Shown: positions 1 to 10,500 of the stretch, piece by piece | How the letters are laid out: the number at the start of each line of letters is the position of its first letter | How positions within the stretch are numbered: position 1 is the first letter of the stretch | DNA from: Naegleria gruberi | Lineage: Eukaryota | Length of the DNA stretch: 64,000 nucleotides | Reading direction: 5' to 3' (one strand) | Assembly (NCBI GenBank): GCA_000004985.1 | Contig: GG738898.1 | Translations under genes and position numbers: made by a program | The notes under the pieces: generated by a model | Database searches by the model: none | What the model was told of the DNA's origin: nothing | Seen by the model: only the letters and a program-made list of their open reading frames with translations

Positions 1-700
1 AGAAATTCAAACATTGCCAAAGTATGAAGAAAGTTTCTTTATCAAAAAGTTACTCTCAGACGAAACTCTAAATGATATTTCAGTGTTAAGGAGAGCCACT
101 AAGGAATTCTCTCTCAAATTAGATTCACTTCCATATTTTATTCGAAACTTTGGGAAATTCAACTATGAAATGCTATTGTTTCTTGTTGAGGAAACTAATC
201 ATGCTGTGAATGAACCCATTTATGGATGTTCTCTGCTGTGTGAAATGATTTACAATGCACATTTGAATAATATTTCAATAGCAAATGATATTCTCTCAAT
301 GGTGGAGAAGGGTGCAATAATTTCAATAGAAACTCAAGACGAAAGATATTCAACCGATGAAATTCTAGAATATTTTTACGAAGAAGAGGAATTTTATTTA
401 CCAATTATGGAAATATTAGTTGATATTTGTGGAGTTAGATTTAAAAAATTGGATCATTTCATACGAAGAGTGGCTAATAATTGTCGAAACTCTAAATGTT
501 TCTCTCCCACTGGACTAATCTCTGTAATTGAATTTGCTGGTAAATATTTAAATGTTCAATCCATTTCTACAAGAATATTTCAAGATGCTATGAATCATTA
601 TTATGACATGTATGTGGAAGAGAAATTTAATGAAAAACAAGCAGAAGAATTCAAGAATTATATTAATGGAAAGTTTGGTGGAAATACCTTAATAAACTAA
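1..700 (+). CDS. Hypothetical protein, C-terminal fragment (gene begins upstream of window)
   Basis: The frame is open from the window edge (codons start at nt 2) to TAA at 698-700. Codon usage matches the rest of the window. No recognisable domain. Confidence 0.4.
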   Translation, partial: EIQTLPKYEESFFIKKLLSDETLNDISVLRRATKEFSLKLDSLPYFIRNFGKFNYEMLLFLVEETNHAVNEPIYGCSLLCEMIYNAHLNNISIANDILSMVEKGAIISIETQDERYSTDEILEYFYEEEEFYLPIMEILVDICGVRFKKLDHFIRRVANNCRNSKCFSPTGLISVIEFAGKYLNVQSISTRIFQDAMNHYYDMYVEEKFNEKQAEEFKNYINGKFGGNTLIN

Positions 701-745
701 TAGGATTAATTACTGATTTCAACAAACTGTTTATATTTTGAATTC

Positions 746-1948
746 TTAAAAGTATACTGAAATAGATGACGCACTTGTCATTGTAAGAATCAATTCTTCG
801 TCCTCTTCACTTATTTCATTATCTATCAATGAAAGACTAGATAAATGTTTCAATTCTTGTATAAGGTGGAAAGCTCCTTTTCCAATTAAATTTCCTTCAA
901 CACTGAGGTTAAAAGTTTCCAATACATTCTGATCCTTCGCGACCAATCATGTTACTAGAAACATCAAGTTTTGTTAAATTTTCGAGTTGGCAAATGTATC
1001 TTATACCTTCCTCTCTTAATTGACAGTATGAAATATTGAGTCTTGTTAAATTGTTCAAATTACCAATGAACTGGGCACCCAAAGCACCAAATTCATTTGT
1101 TCCAATGTCAAGATCCGTCAAATTGGTTAATTTTCTTATTGATTTGGCTCCTTCTTCACTCAAACTATTATCTAACACATCCAGTGTTCTCAATTAAATC
1201 ATCTCAGATATAATTCGAGCTCCAACATCACCAATTCTACATCCTGACATTTTAAGTCTCTAAATTCTTCATTTTACTAATCAATCTCATTCCCTCAATC
1301 CCAATTTCATTGTTACTAACATTGAGGTATCTTAATTGTTCTAATTGGCTAATTGTACTTGCTCTGTCAACATTAATTCCACATTCTTCAACGTCAAGAC
1401 AGGTCAATTGCTTTGGTAGCTTTATGGATTCAATATTCATGCAATTCATACTCATTCTTAATGATTTCAATTGTTCCAGTTTTTGTAAAAACTCTCCCTT
1501 ACGAATACTATTGCAGGAAATTGATAAATGTTCCAAATTTATCATCCTTTCAAGACAATCCAAAAACAATTCACCATCAATTAGTGGCTGATCAAAGTCT
1601 CCATCAATTATTAAATCGACAATATTTTCTAAAAATTGACTCTTTAAGAGGAACGTTGCTCTTTGGTTGTCCATTTCGGAATGCAAATTAAGGCAGAGTT
1701 TTGAATGATTCCTCACCACTCTAAGCCACTGCTTGGATACCAATACAATACTATTTAATATGAACCATGATGATGATGAACTGTCGTTCATGGTTAAATA
1801 GGTTAATATTTCACTACATATTTCATCAGGAACATTAAACCCTAAACAATTAATTATACACAAAGTTATTAATACCTTAAATAATAAACAATAAACAATG
1901 AAAATTACAATTACTTGATGATTTGCTGCTTTCAATTCTAACGACCAT
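746..1948 (-). pseudogene. F-box-like / ribonuclease-inhibitor-type LRR protein, probably pseudogenised (paralog of 37841..39100)
   Basis: Three minus-strand ORF fragments (1252-1935, 909-1193, 746-946) all encode RI-type LRRs (e.g. LDVSSNMIGREGSECIG, LDIGTNEFGALGAQFIG) after an F-box-like PDEICSEILTYL...KQWLRVV segment. Three lesions break the frame with no GT..AG solution: a 1-nt frameshift in an A-run near 1250-1253, an in-frame TAA at 1194-1196 replacing one residue of an otherwise intact LRR, and a second frameshift near 925-945. Confidence 0.5.
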
Positions 1949-3198
1949 TTTTCTGATGATTAATTAAATATTTTTTTTATCCACTAATCTGCCGATTAAG
2001 GATCGCAGTAATGTACTAGTGATCGATATTATACTCATTGAGAATTAGGAAGTGCTAGATTGGATAGTATTAATATCATGATCCTTAATATATTCTTTTA
2101 AGATAACTTTATTTCGTCAGGTGTGTGGGAACCAAAGGTATTTAAATTGATGAGTAATCAGTGAAGTGCACAATTAATAATAATCAAATTAAACTCCAAG
2201 CCAATCAAATTATTTGTTCCAAGCTAGATAAAAATCCTAACGCAATTCTAGAATAATGGACATGTTAATTATCAAATAATATGATCAATCATTACTGTTG
2301 ATGAAAACTTGTAGTTTAAATTTACGGAACACAAAAGTTGCAAAATTACCCTGACACAATTAGTTTGGTGAGGAAATTGTTGTCGTTTTCTCAACAAAAA
2401 TCAAGATGAAAATCCAATATTATGTTCAAAATTCTATTCACAATGAAGACATCACATCTAATTCAATTTTTGCATTCTCTTTTATTTTTTAAAACAACAA
2501 AATTAACTTCAGCACTAACAATTATTATGGAACCCCTGAACAGAGCAATGCAGTGGACAACCTTCATGAAGGCTTTTCCAATATATATTATCCAACAAAA
2601 CAACAAGAAAGGAACTTTGATATTTAATGTATTTAAATGGTTGAAATGCAATTACAATCTATACAACAACATTTTCGATATTGAATATTCAAAACCCATT
2701 ATCGCTATGAAGTTGATGATATCTAACCCGATGTCATTTACTGTGGTGTCACCTTATGAAAGTCACAGCTCTTATTGTGCTTTGGTAACCGAAAATAACT
2801 CATCTCACCTGCCTTTAAATCCCTTCCGAATCTTGCCTTCCTATTTGTATTCATTTGGCCAATTTCATTCCTCAATAGAAAATTATCATTTTGCCTCAAT
2901 AAGATAATCATTAACAAAACGGAACCTATTATCAAATATTTGGTGACTTACAAAACCTCAGCGAATCAACAAGAGAAGCAAATTTCAATATCAACCATGC
3001 GAGCTTTCAGTTTCAACCTGTCAGTGTCGGAAATGCAACAGGTTAAAATCCATCATCTATCCCACCATCATGAGGCGAGTCATCCCAAATAACGACTTGG
3101 AATCGTATGAGTCACCTATTAGCTGTTTCCTTTCTTTTAACGGCATCCATTATTATCATAACCATTTCTTCATCATTAAAAAAAAATCAGAATATTAT

Positions 3199-4192
3199 AT
3201 GGCTAATACTGTACTTGGTAGCACAACCGCTGCTAAACATGCAGTTGGTTTCAACCTTTCATTGTTGGTATGTAGATTTCACTTTGTTTATTGTCTGACA
3301 CTTGCTTGCGCACTATACTTTTGACATTTGGCGTTCAATAATTTTTCACACTCCATGCGAAAATGTTTAATATACACAAATATCTATTGCGAATTCGAAT
3401 TAACAGAAAGGTGGTACTATTACCCAAACAATTATTGGTGCAATTATTACAGCTTTGGTAATTGCTTCAACCGTTGCAACCATTATCTTGGTTTCTGTTG
3501 GTGTTGGTTACAATCCACCAGTTGCGTAAGTATTATCTAATTTATTCGAATTAATTTACGAATCTAAATTCTTTTTCACAGTGCCAATGACTTTGCTTCT
3601 ACTTATAAGAGAATGCCAGTCACTGTCGATGTACTCATAAATGATAACGATCCACGTGGTGGTAATCTTACTTTGACTCAAATTGTTAATCAACCAAAGT
3701 ATGGTACTGTCAAGATCCTTTCTCGTTCCCAAGTTGTTTATCAATCCATTGGTTCTTTCTCTGGAAATGACACTTTCAGTTATGAAGTTAGTAATTCCTT
3801 TGTTACAGCCAATGCTACTGTTACTGTTCAAGTTTTGAATAGACCTCCTCAAGCTGTTCCAATCTATAAGAAGATTTCCAAGAATGCTCATAAGGCCCTT
3901 GTCGATATTTTCAATTATGTTGGTGACAATGATGAAAGAATTAGTGATATCGATAATGATGTCTTGTATGTTACTGGCTTCGCTGATCAACAAGTTATCA
4001 GTGGTAATGCTCAAAGTTTGGGATCCATTGAAGTTGACACTTACAATGGTTTCTTGTACACTCCTGTTACTGGTTTCAATGGTATTGAAAAGTTTAATTA
4101 CACAATCTCAGATGGTAATGACACTGCTTCTTCAACTGTTACTGTTGAAGTTGAAAATGATGCTCCTATTGCCGTTGATGATTACTTTAGAA
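3199..4192 (+). CDS. VCBS/cadherin-like tandem-repeat membrane protein, copy 1 (3' end lost in assembly gap)
   Basis: Exon 1 is 3199-3267 (MANTVLGSTTAAKHAVGFNLSLL), with donor GTATGT at 3268. Exon 2 is 3407-3525 and encodes a TM helix (GAIITALVIASTVATIILVSVGVGY), with donor GTAAGT at 3526. Exon 3 starts at 3582 after acceptor CACAG and runs into N at 4193. Exon 3 encodes ~95-aa repeats with PVAVDD ... (V/N)L(I/A)ND(N/Y)D signatures. This is a paralog of 60163..>64000. Confidence 0.8.
3582..4192 (+). repeat. Segmental duplicate of 60802..61412 (same strand, 57,220 bp apart) with a sharp identity boundary
   Basis: Positions 3631-3875 differ from 60851-61095 at only 2 positions by eye, with no indels. 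Positions 3582-3630 against 60802-60850 are only about 70% identical. Beyond 3876 identity falls to roughly 88-90%. Introns and exons 1-2 are much more diverged. Confidence 0.8.
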
Positions 4193-4802
4193 NNNNNNNN
4201 NNNNNNNNNNNNNNNNNNNNNNNNNNNNNNNNNNNNNNNNNNNNNNNNNNNNNNNNNNNNNNNNNNNNNNNNNNNNNNNNNNNNNNNNNNNNNNNNNNNN
4301 NNNNNNNNNNNNNNNNNNNNNNNNNNNNNNNNNNNNNNNNNNNNNNNNNNNNNNNNNNNNNNNNNNNNNNNNNNNNNNNNNNNNNNNNNNNNNNNNNNNN
4401 NNNNNNNNNNNNNNNNNNNNNNNNNNNNNNNNNNNNNNNNNNNNNNNNNNNNNNNNNNNNNNNNNNNNNNNNNNNNNNNNNNNNNNNNNNNNNNNNNNNN
4501 NNNNNNNNNNNNNNNNNNNNNNNNNNNNNNNNNNNNNNNNNNNNNNNNNNNNNNNNNNTCTGTAAACATGACACTTGTGTGAGTATTGACCATCCCTNNN
4601 NNNNNNNNNNNNNNNNNNNNNNNNNNNNNNNNNNNNNNNNNNNNNNNNNNNNNNNNNNNNNNNNNNNNNNNNNNNNNNNNNNNNNNNNNNNNNNNNNNNN
4701 NNNNNNNNNNNNNNNNNNNNNNNNNNNNNNNNNNNNNNNNNNNNNNNNNNNNNNNNNNNNNNNNNNNNNNNNNNNNNNNNNNNNNNNNNNNNNNNNNNNN
4801 NN

Positions 4803-6059
4803 GCGAAATTGTTGGGATGTATCCATTTTCGACAGTGGAAATGATTAGAATCCAATCTAAACCATTATCCTTAATGGTTGTCACACTAATTCTCCTACCA
4901 TCATATTGAAAAGATGAACTGTTAACTTTCAATGTCAAACTTTGAATATCATTAACTTTTTTTGAGTTATTTAATCGTAAAATATCACGTTTGTCAAGCT
5001 CGTTTGCTAATCGTTCGTTTCTACTATCTATTTCAGTCATTTGAAATCGTTTTCCATCTACTATATTCGGTTGAGAAAATGAATTCGAAACTAACATTCC
5101 ATTACGCTCAACCAAGACAATATCAATACTGTTGGTGTTCATGTCTAAGTGTCTACAGACTGTATTATTGAGTAATTGATCCATGTAGAATAGATCATAT
5201 TGCATTCCAATTATTTCTTCCACAAGAATCATTTCAGTTCCATTTTTAATAAATATTGGAAAATCCAATTTAGTAACTGCTGAAATTGATGGTGTGTTGA
5301 ACAGGTAGTGAATCCAAATATCTGTCCAAACGTATTGTGGGTATGTGTATTGATTAATATACCAAGGTCTTGTCGTGCAATCATACCCTCCTTTTTCAGT
5401 TGTCGTATTCGAAATTGGTTGAAAGTATTCGTCAAAATCAGACGATTTCAGTATGAGATCAGGTCCACTAGATTGAACTCTACTTCTATTCTTTGAAATT
5501 TCCAAACTAAACAATTGTTTTTGGCTATTTCCATAGGTTATTTCAGAGAAAGTCCTCGTAGACGAAATAATTGGTGCCAATTGACTCACCACTCGTTTAT
5601 AATTCTCAGTAAAATTCCCAATTTCATTGCCATAGATGTGTTGATGTAAAAAGAGAGAAGTTCTCAGATTGGATAAAATCTGTCTCGAAGTATGTACGAA
5701 ACCTTCCACCTCCCTTACAATATTTTCTTCTCTAATTTTGGAAGTGTTTGCAAGAGCTGTTTCTCCACTTTCCAATTTTGGATTTTGATTAAATTGTTGA
5801 AAACTAACCTCGAATAAATAATTATCAGCATGCACCCAATGCAGACGAATGTTTGTATGAGGAAAATTGAAAGGAAAATATTTTGAATGGTGTTACATTT
5901 CGAACAGGGAATTTTCCTTGGTGAAACAATTGTTTTTTCAATGTCGTCCGATTTTTCACAGGAGGACGATTCTGGTGGTGAGGTTATGCTTGTCTGCATT
6001 TTTTTGTATATGTGGGGGAGGTACCGTTTGTCCTTCTGTTGTCCAAAACCATTATCCAC
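4803..6059 (-). CDS. dCache (double Cache) extracellular sensor-domain membrane protein, N-terminal part (rest lost in gaps 4193-4802)
   Basis: Exon 1 is 6059-5809 and ends in a TM/signal-anchor segment (NIFLSIFLIQTFVCIGCMLIII). A 41-nt intron spans 5808-5768 (GTTAGT...AG). Exon 2 runs from 5767 to the gap in the frame of ORF 4132-5835. It contains a long helix and then the Cache hallmark GYDCTTRPWYINQY. Splicing is inferred because it joins the TM ORF in frame to the Cache ORF. Confidence 0.65.
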
Positions 6060-6524
6060 TGTTGTCTTTCTAAATATGGAAGTATTCCATTTTGGTTACA
6101 ATCGTTCCACTACCATTTGTGAATGAAATTAATCATATAATTCGGCACAAAAGATGATATCTATCTCTTCTTGATGATATTGCTTTAGAGGAAATGTTTA
6201 GAGGTAATGAAACCCATAAACATGTTTAGTCATGTCCAAATTAAGGTCGGCAAATATCTTAATCAATGTACGTTATTTCTTTGAATTTACTTCAAGTTGA
6301 GATTGAGAATCTTGTATGTTTCCTTTAATAACCAGTTGTATCTCTCTTACTGAGGACTAATGGGGCTCATTAAATGTTTTTCCTTTCGTTATAATCACAA
6401 CATTCGATTAGTTTCCAATAGTTGTTGCATGTGATCACACATCTATGGCATCTAGACTAAATATCAGTTTGACGGACTAACCAAACCAGAAACATGATCG
6501 GCACTCAAAGTATCACTACTAAGA

Positions 6525-7034
6525 TCACTGATTACCACTACTCATCAATGAACTATTAGCACTACTACTACTACTGCTGCCACTATCCACTGACACCACT
6601 GACACCATTGCACTACTACTACTACTACTGCTGCTTGTTATCATTGAAGTGGAAGATTGATTTGGATTGATAATTGGCCGCACAACCATAGCTCCCATTA
6701 CAATTTGAGATTTTGGAGGTTTGTAATTAATTGTTGGCAAATGACTGATTGGTGTTAAGGGAGTAAATGCAATGCAATTTCCCTTTTCCAAATGAGATTT
6801 GAAATCAATCATGTTATCGACCAAGTAAACATGCTTCTTGCATGCTTTACAATATTTGGTAGAGTTTGATTTGGATTTCAATTTTTCAAATTTTAATGGA
6901 CATTCGTATAGCCATTCACAATTTTCAATAAATTCTGAGCCTTTAAAAGAGGGAAGGACGTGTTTAGTTTCTTGAAATGGAATTTTGATTGAATTTAAAT
7001 GTTGAATTCTCCTTCTAAGAATGTGTAAATAATT
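6525..7034 (-). CDS. Cys-motif (putative zinc-ribbon, CEWLYECP...YCKACKKHVY) plus poly-Ser tail ORF; either a separate small gene or the C-terminal end of the giant gene across the gap
   Basis: The frame is open from gap edge 7034 to the stop at 6525. It carries a C-x5-C ... C-x2-C motif and a Ser-rich C-terminus. The 5' end lies in N-gap 7035-7545, so the relationship to the upstream giant ORF cannot be read. Confidence 0.35.
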   Translation of the reverse strand, partial: NYLHILRRRIQHLNSIKIPFQETKHVLPSFKGSEFIENCEWLYECPLKFEKLKSKSNSTKYCKACKKHVYLVDNMIDFKSHLEKGNCIAFTPLTPISHLPTINYKPPKSQIVMGAMVVRPIINPNQSSTSMITSSSSSSSSAMVSVVSVDSGSSSSSSANSSLMSSGNQ

Positions 7035-7545
7035 NNNNNNNNNNNNNNNNNNNNNNNNNNNNNNNNNNNNNNNNNNNNNNNNNNNNNNNNNNNNNNNNNN
7101 NNNNNNNNNNNNNNNNNNNNNNNNNNNNNNNNNNNNNNNNNNNNNNNNNNNNNNNNNNNNNNNNNNNNNNNNNNNNNNNNNNNNNNNNNNNNNNNNNNNN
7201 NNNNNNNNNNNNNNNNNNNNNNNNNNNNNNNNNNNNNNNNNNNNNNNNNNNNNNNNNNNNNNNNNNNNNNNNNNNNNNNNNNNNNNNNNNNNNNNNNNNN
7301 NNNNNNNNNNNNNNNNNNNNNNNNNNNNNNNNNNNNNNNNNNNNNNNNNNNNNNNNNNNNNNNNNNNNNNNNNNNNNNNNNNNNNNNNNNNNNNNNNNNN
7401 NNNNNNNNNNNNNNNNNNNNNNNNNNNNNNNNNNNNNNNNNNNNNNNNNNNNNNNNNNNNNNNNNNNNNNNNNNNNNNNNNNNNNNNNNNNNNNNNNNNN
7501 NNNNNNNNNNNNNNNNNNNNNNNNNNNNNNNNNNNNNNNNNNNNN

Positions 7546-10500
7546 GAGTGTGGATAGGAACAGGATTTTCATAGTGATGATGTTCCATATGTAATTCCAC
7601 ATCTGCTGATGAAATTATTGGCTTGTGATGAGAATCATCTTCCACTTGTGGAGTTTGTGGAATTTGTTCCTCTCCTTCCCATGCTCGTTTCACATTGGCA
7701 ACAAATGTTGTTGGAATACCAGTTGCTTGTTGCATAGTACCATCCACTTTGAGTGTTCTTGTTGATGATTGCTTCTCAAAGAGGTTACTAATATTGTACG
7801 TAGTGGTGGTTGTGGTGGCTGTGGTAGCTGTGGTGGCAGGTCTTTCTGAAATACAGTCTTGTGCATTCAAACTTTCCAAATTAACTTTAGAATTAATTGG
7901 TAGGATACTATTGATAGAGTATTTGAGTGATCTTGAAGTTGCTGGTGTTGATGGTTTAGTTGATGATTGACTGTAAATAGAACTAGATGGTTGAATAACA
8001 TGATGGTCAATCAAGTCTATGGAATCAACAACTTGTTGTGGAACAACCGAATTCTTCTTAATCAGGTCCAAATTCAATTCCTTGATAGAAATGACAGAAT
8101 TTGCAGTGGATGGCCTCTTGTCTTCCTCTTCAGTTGGACGAGTTGGTGTAGATGGTATTTCTTGATCGGGATTATATTCCTTTCTAGGAATGTAAAAATT
8201 TCCTTCAATATCTTCATGACTTGGAACAGCAATTTCACTTTCGTCACCATAATGTTTCTTTGAAGGAAGCTTAATCTTTTGTGGTTTGAGGTCATCATGA
8301 GTAACATAGGACAAGTGACGAAGAAGTTTTGGAATAGGACGTGGTCGAATAGGTCTGACCGGTCCAGAACCTTCCTTTGGGTTGGTGGAACCATGCTTAT
8401 TCTTTGAATTCTTGGTATTTCTCTTTCTCATAAAGAAACATACAAGGAAAAGCAACAAGAACATGCAGGACAATCCACATACTATGGCTGCTGAAAACAC
8501 AGCTGCTGCAACGTACATGTACGAGTAGTGAGAAACTGTGGCAGTCTGGATGACAAAGACATTGGTAAAGTGAGAACATTTACAATAGGCATGTGTATCA
8601 TTCTTCAGTTGGAGGGAACATGAGTAGGTAACTTCAGTAGTTCCATCTAAAAAGTCTGCACATGCATAACTGTCTGTTTCCTCTGTAAAATCGAATGAAC
8701 TTGCTGTACTAGATGTAAGAGTACTTGTAGTATTGATGGGAATAATGTAAATGAGGCCATCTTCCTTCATAGGAACACTCAAGTCCGTGAATTCAACCGA
8801 GACAATTGGAGAAATAAGACTTGACGTTCTAGTTGTCGAGGCAGAAAGTTTTTGTGAAAGTTTTAGCTTTCTATCAAGAGAAAACACATCATCTGTTACT
8901 GTCATTACGTACGTGAATGGTTTTTTAACAAGTGATGATACCTTATTTTCAAAAACAAAGAAATTGTCTGGAATTAGAACAGAAGTAGATCTTTCAGAGT
9001 CAGTAATGATATTCTCATAATCATAAATGGTACTTTTACCCATAATCATGGAGAAGAATGGTCCTTTGGTTCTAGTAATAGTACGAGAAATGTACATGTC
9101 TCTGGTTTGAAGATTTGACGACATTTTGAGTGCGGATAATAATTTTCTAGAATTGGAAGTTTGGTCAGTAATGTACTGTCTTTCCATAATGTAGTCATGG
9201 ACAGATTCAACACAAGCATTCAATAGGTTTTGCACACCTGGAGATAATTTGATTTTTCCAGAATCTTGGGCAGTTGTTAAAAACCTATTCAGGGTGCATA
9301 ATGCCTCTGAAATTGTCTTGGAATTGAGGAAATGATAATTAACAAGGATTGAATCAACAGCAAATGAGAGTAGAGAAATGTAATCCTCATTCAAACCATC
9401 AGTCTTATTCATACTTGTAGTAATATCATTTAGGACAGTTAATTTGCTCTTTTGGATGTTAGAAAAATCTCTAATGGAGGTTTCACAATGAGTACCAATA
9501 TATCCATCAGCACACTTGCATTCGCCTGAAACTTCTACACCACTTATACATTGAAGATACTTGGTTGATCTTTCATTTATGGAACGCTTAAATGATAAAT
9601 CTCCAAGGGTTTCTTTCAATAGAACCGAATCTGTTCTAGAAGTAGAGGCAGATTGATAGATGCTCTTACTGAAATGACCTTCGGACATGTAGGTTGCACT
9701 CACCCCTGACCAAGTCGATACAATTTCTTGAACTTGTTCAATGTCTGTTACTGTTGGTTTGGAAATTGTAATATTCTTCTCCATAAGAGTTGTACCGCCT
9801 GTGACAGTATTGATAATTTCAAAGAAACAAGTCACTGTATCACCATAGAATGGTGCAGGTAGTTTGGAGGCAAACACTTCACCAAGGTTGTACAGATAAA
9901 TCTTGGATCCTGATCTATCATCCAAAAAGCCATACTTAAAGTCAATATTTTCATCTGGATTTTTACAATTGGTACAATAGAAATCAAATTCAGTTTCAAG
10001 TGCAATACCTGTTGATGGATTAATGGAGCAATCACATGGTTTTGGAATGGAAGCCATTGAGAATGCATACGCTGTTCTCACAGTAACACCAGAAGAAGTA
10101 TCTCTTGCTGCAATAGTAAGAGTATTGGTTGAACCCTGCACAAGCAAGGTTGTATCTATGACTCCTGTCACCATTTCTGCAGCACCAACTTGCTGTACTA
10201 TGAATTTAGACTTGTCAAGAATCATTCCATTGAGAACCCATGTGGTTTCTGTGGAGGAAGTTATTTCTGATGAGATTAAAGTTTGAACGGAAAGTTTTTG
10301 CCCAGGAATCAAGTATTGAGTAGTAGGATTAATATCAAGGATATTCACCACAGGTGGAATATTATTAAAGTAAACAATGGTGGACTTTTCCACAATTCTG
10401 TCAGTTTTGGAGACTCTTAATCGAAGTTGAAGTGATGAAGGAACAATCATGCTTCCAAACAGGGCTGAATCAATGGTGAATAGCTTGGCTTTTGTGCTTG

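Noticed and set aside
2422-2907. ORF 2422-2907 plus (161 aa) and the neighbouring small ORFs at 2000-3190
   Set aside because: The sequence is low-complexity and AT-rich, with no domain and atypical composition. It is most likely intergenic or promoter sequence upstream of VCBS copy 1.
3556-4014. Minus-strand ORFs 3556-4014 and 60767-61234 (152 and 155 aa, near-identical to each other)
   Set aside because: They are antisense to the well-supported VCBS-like coding exons. Their conservation between copies is a by-product of the sense-strand duplication.
4132-4909. ORFs 3884-4582, 4182-4826, 4187-4855 and 4586-4909, consisting largely of X residues
   Set aside because: They read through N-gaps, so they are artefacts of treating N as codons.
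7015-7602. ORF 7015-7602 minus (195 aa, almost all X)
   Set aside because: It lies entirely within assembly gap 7035-7545.
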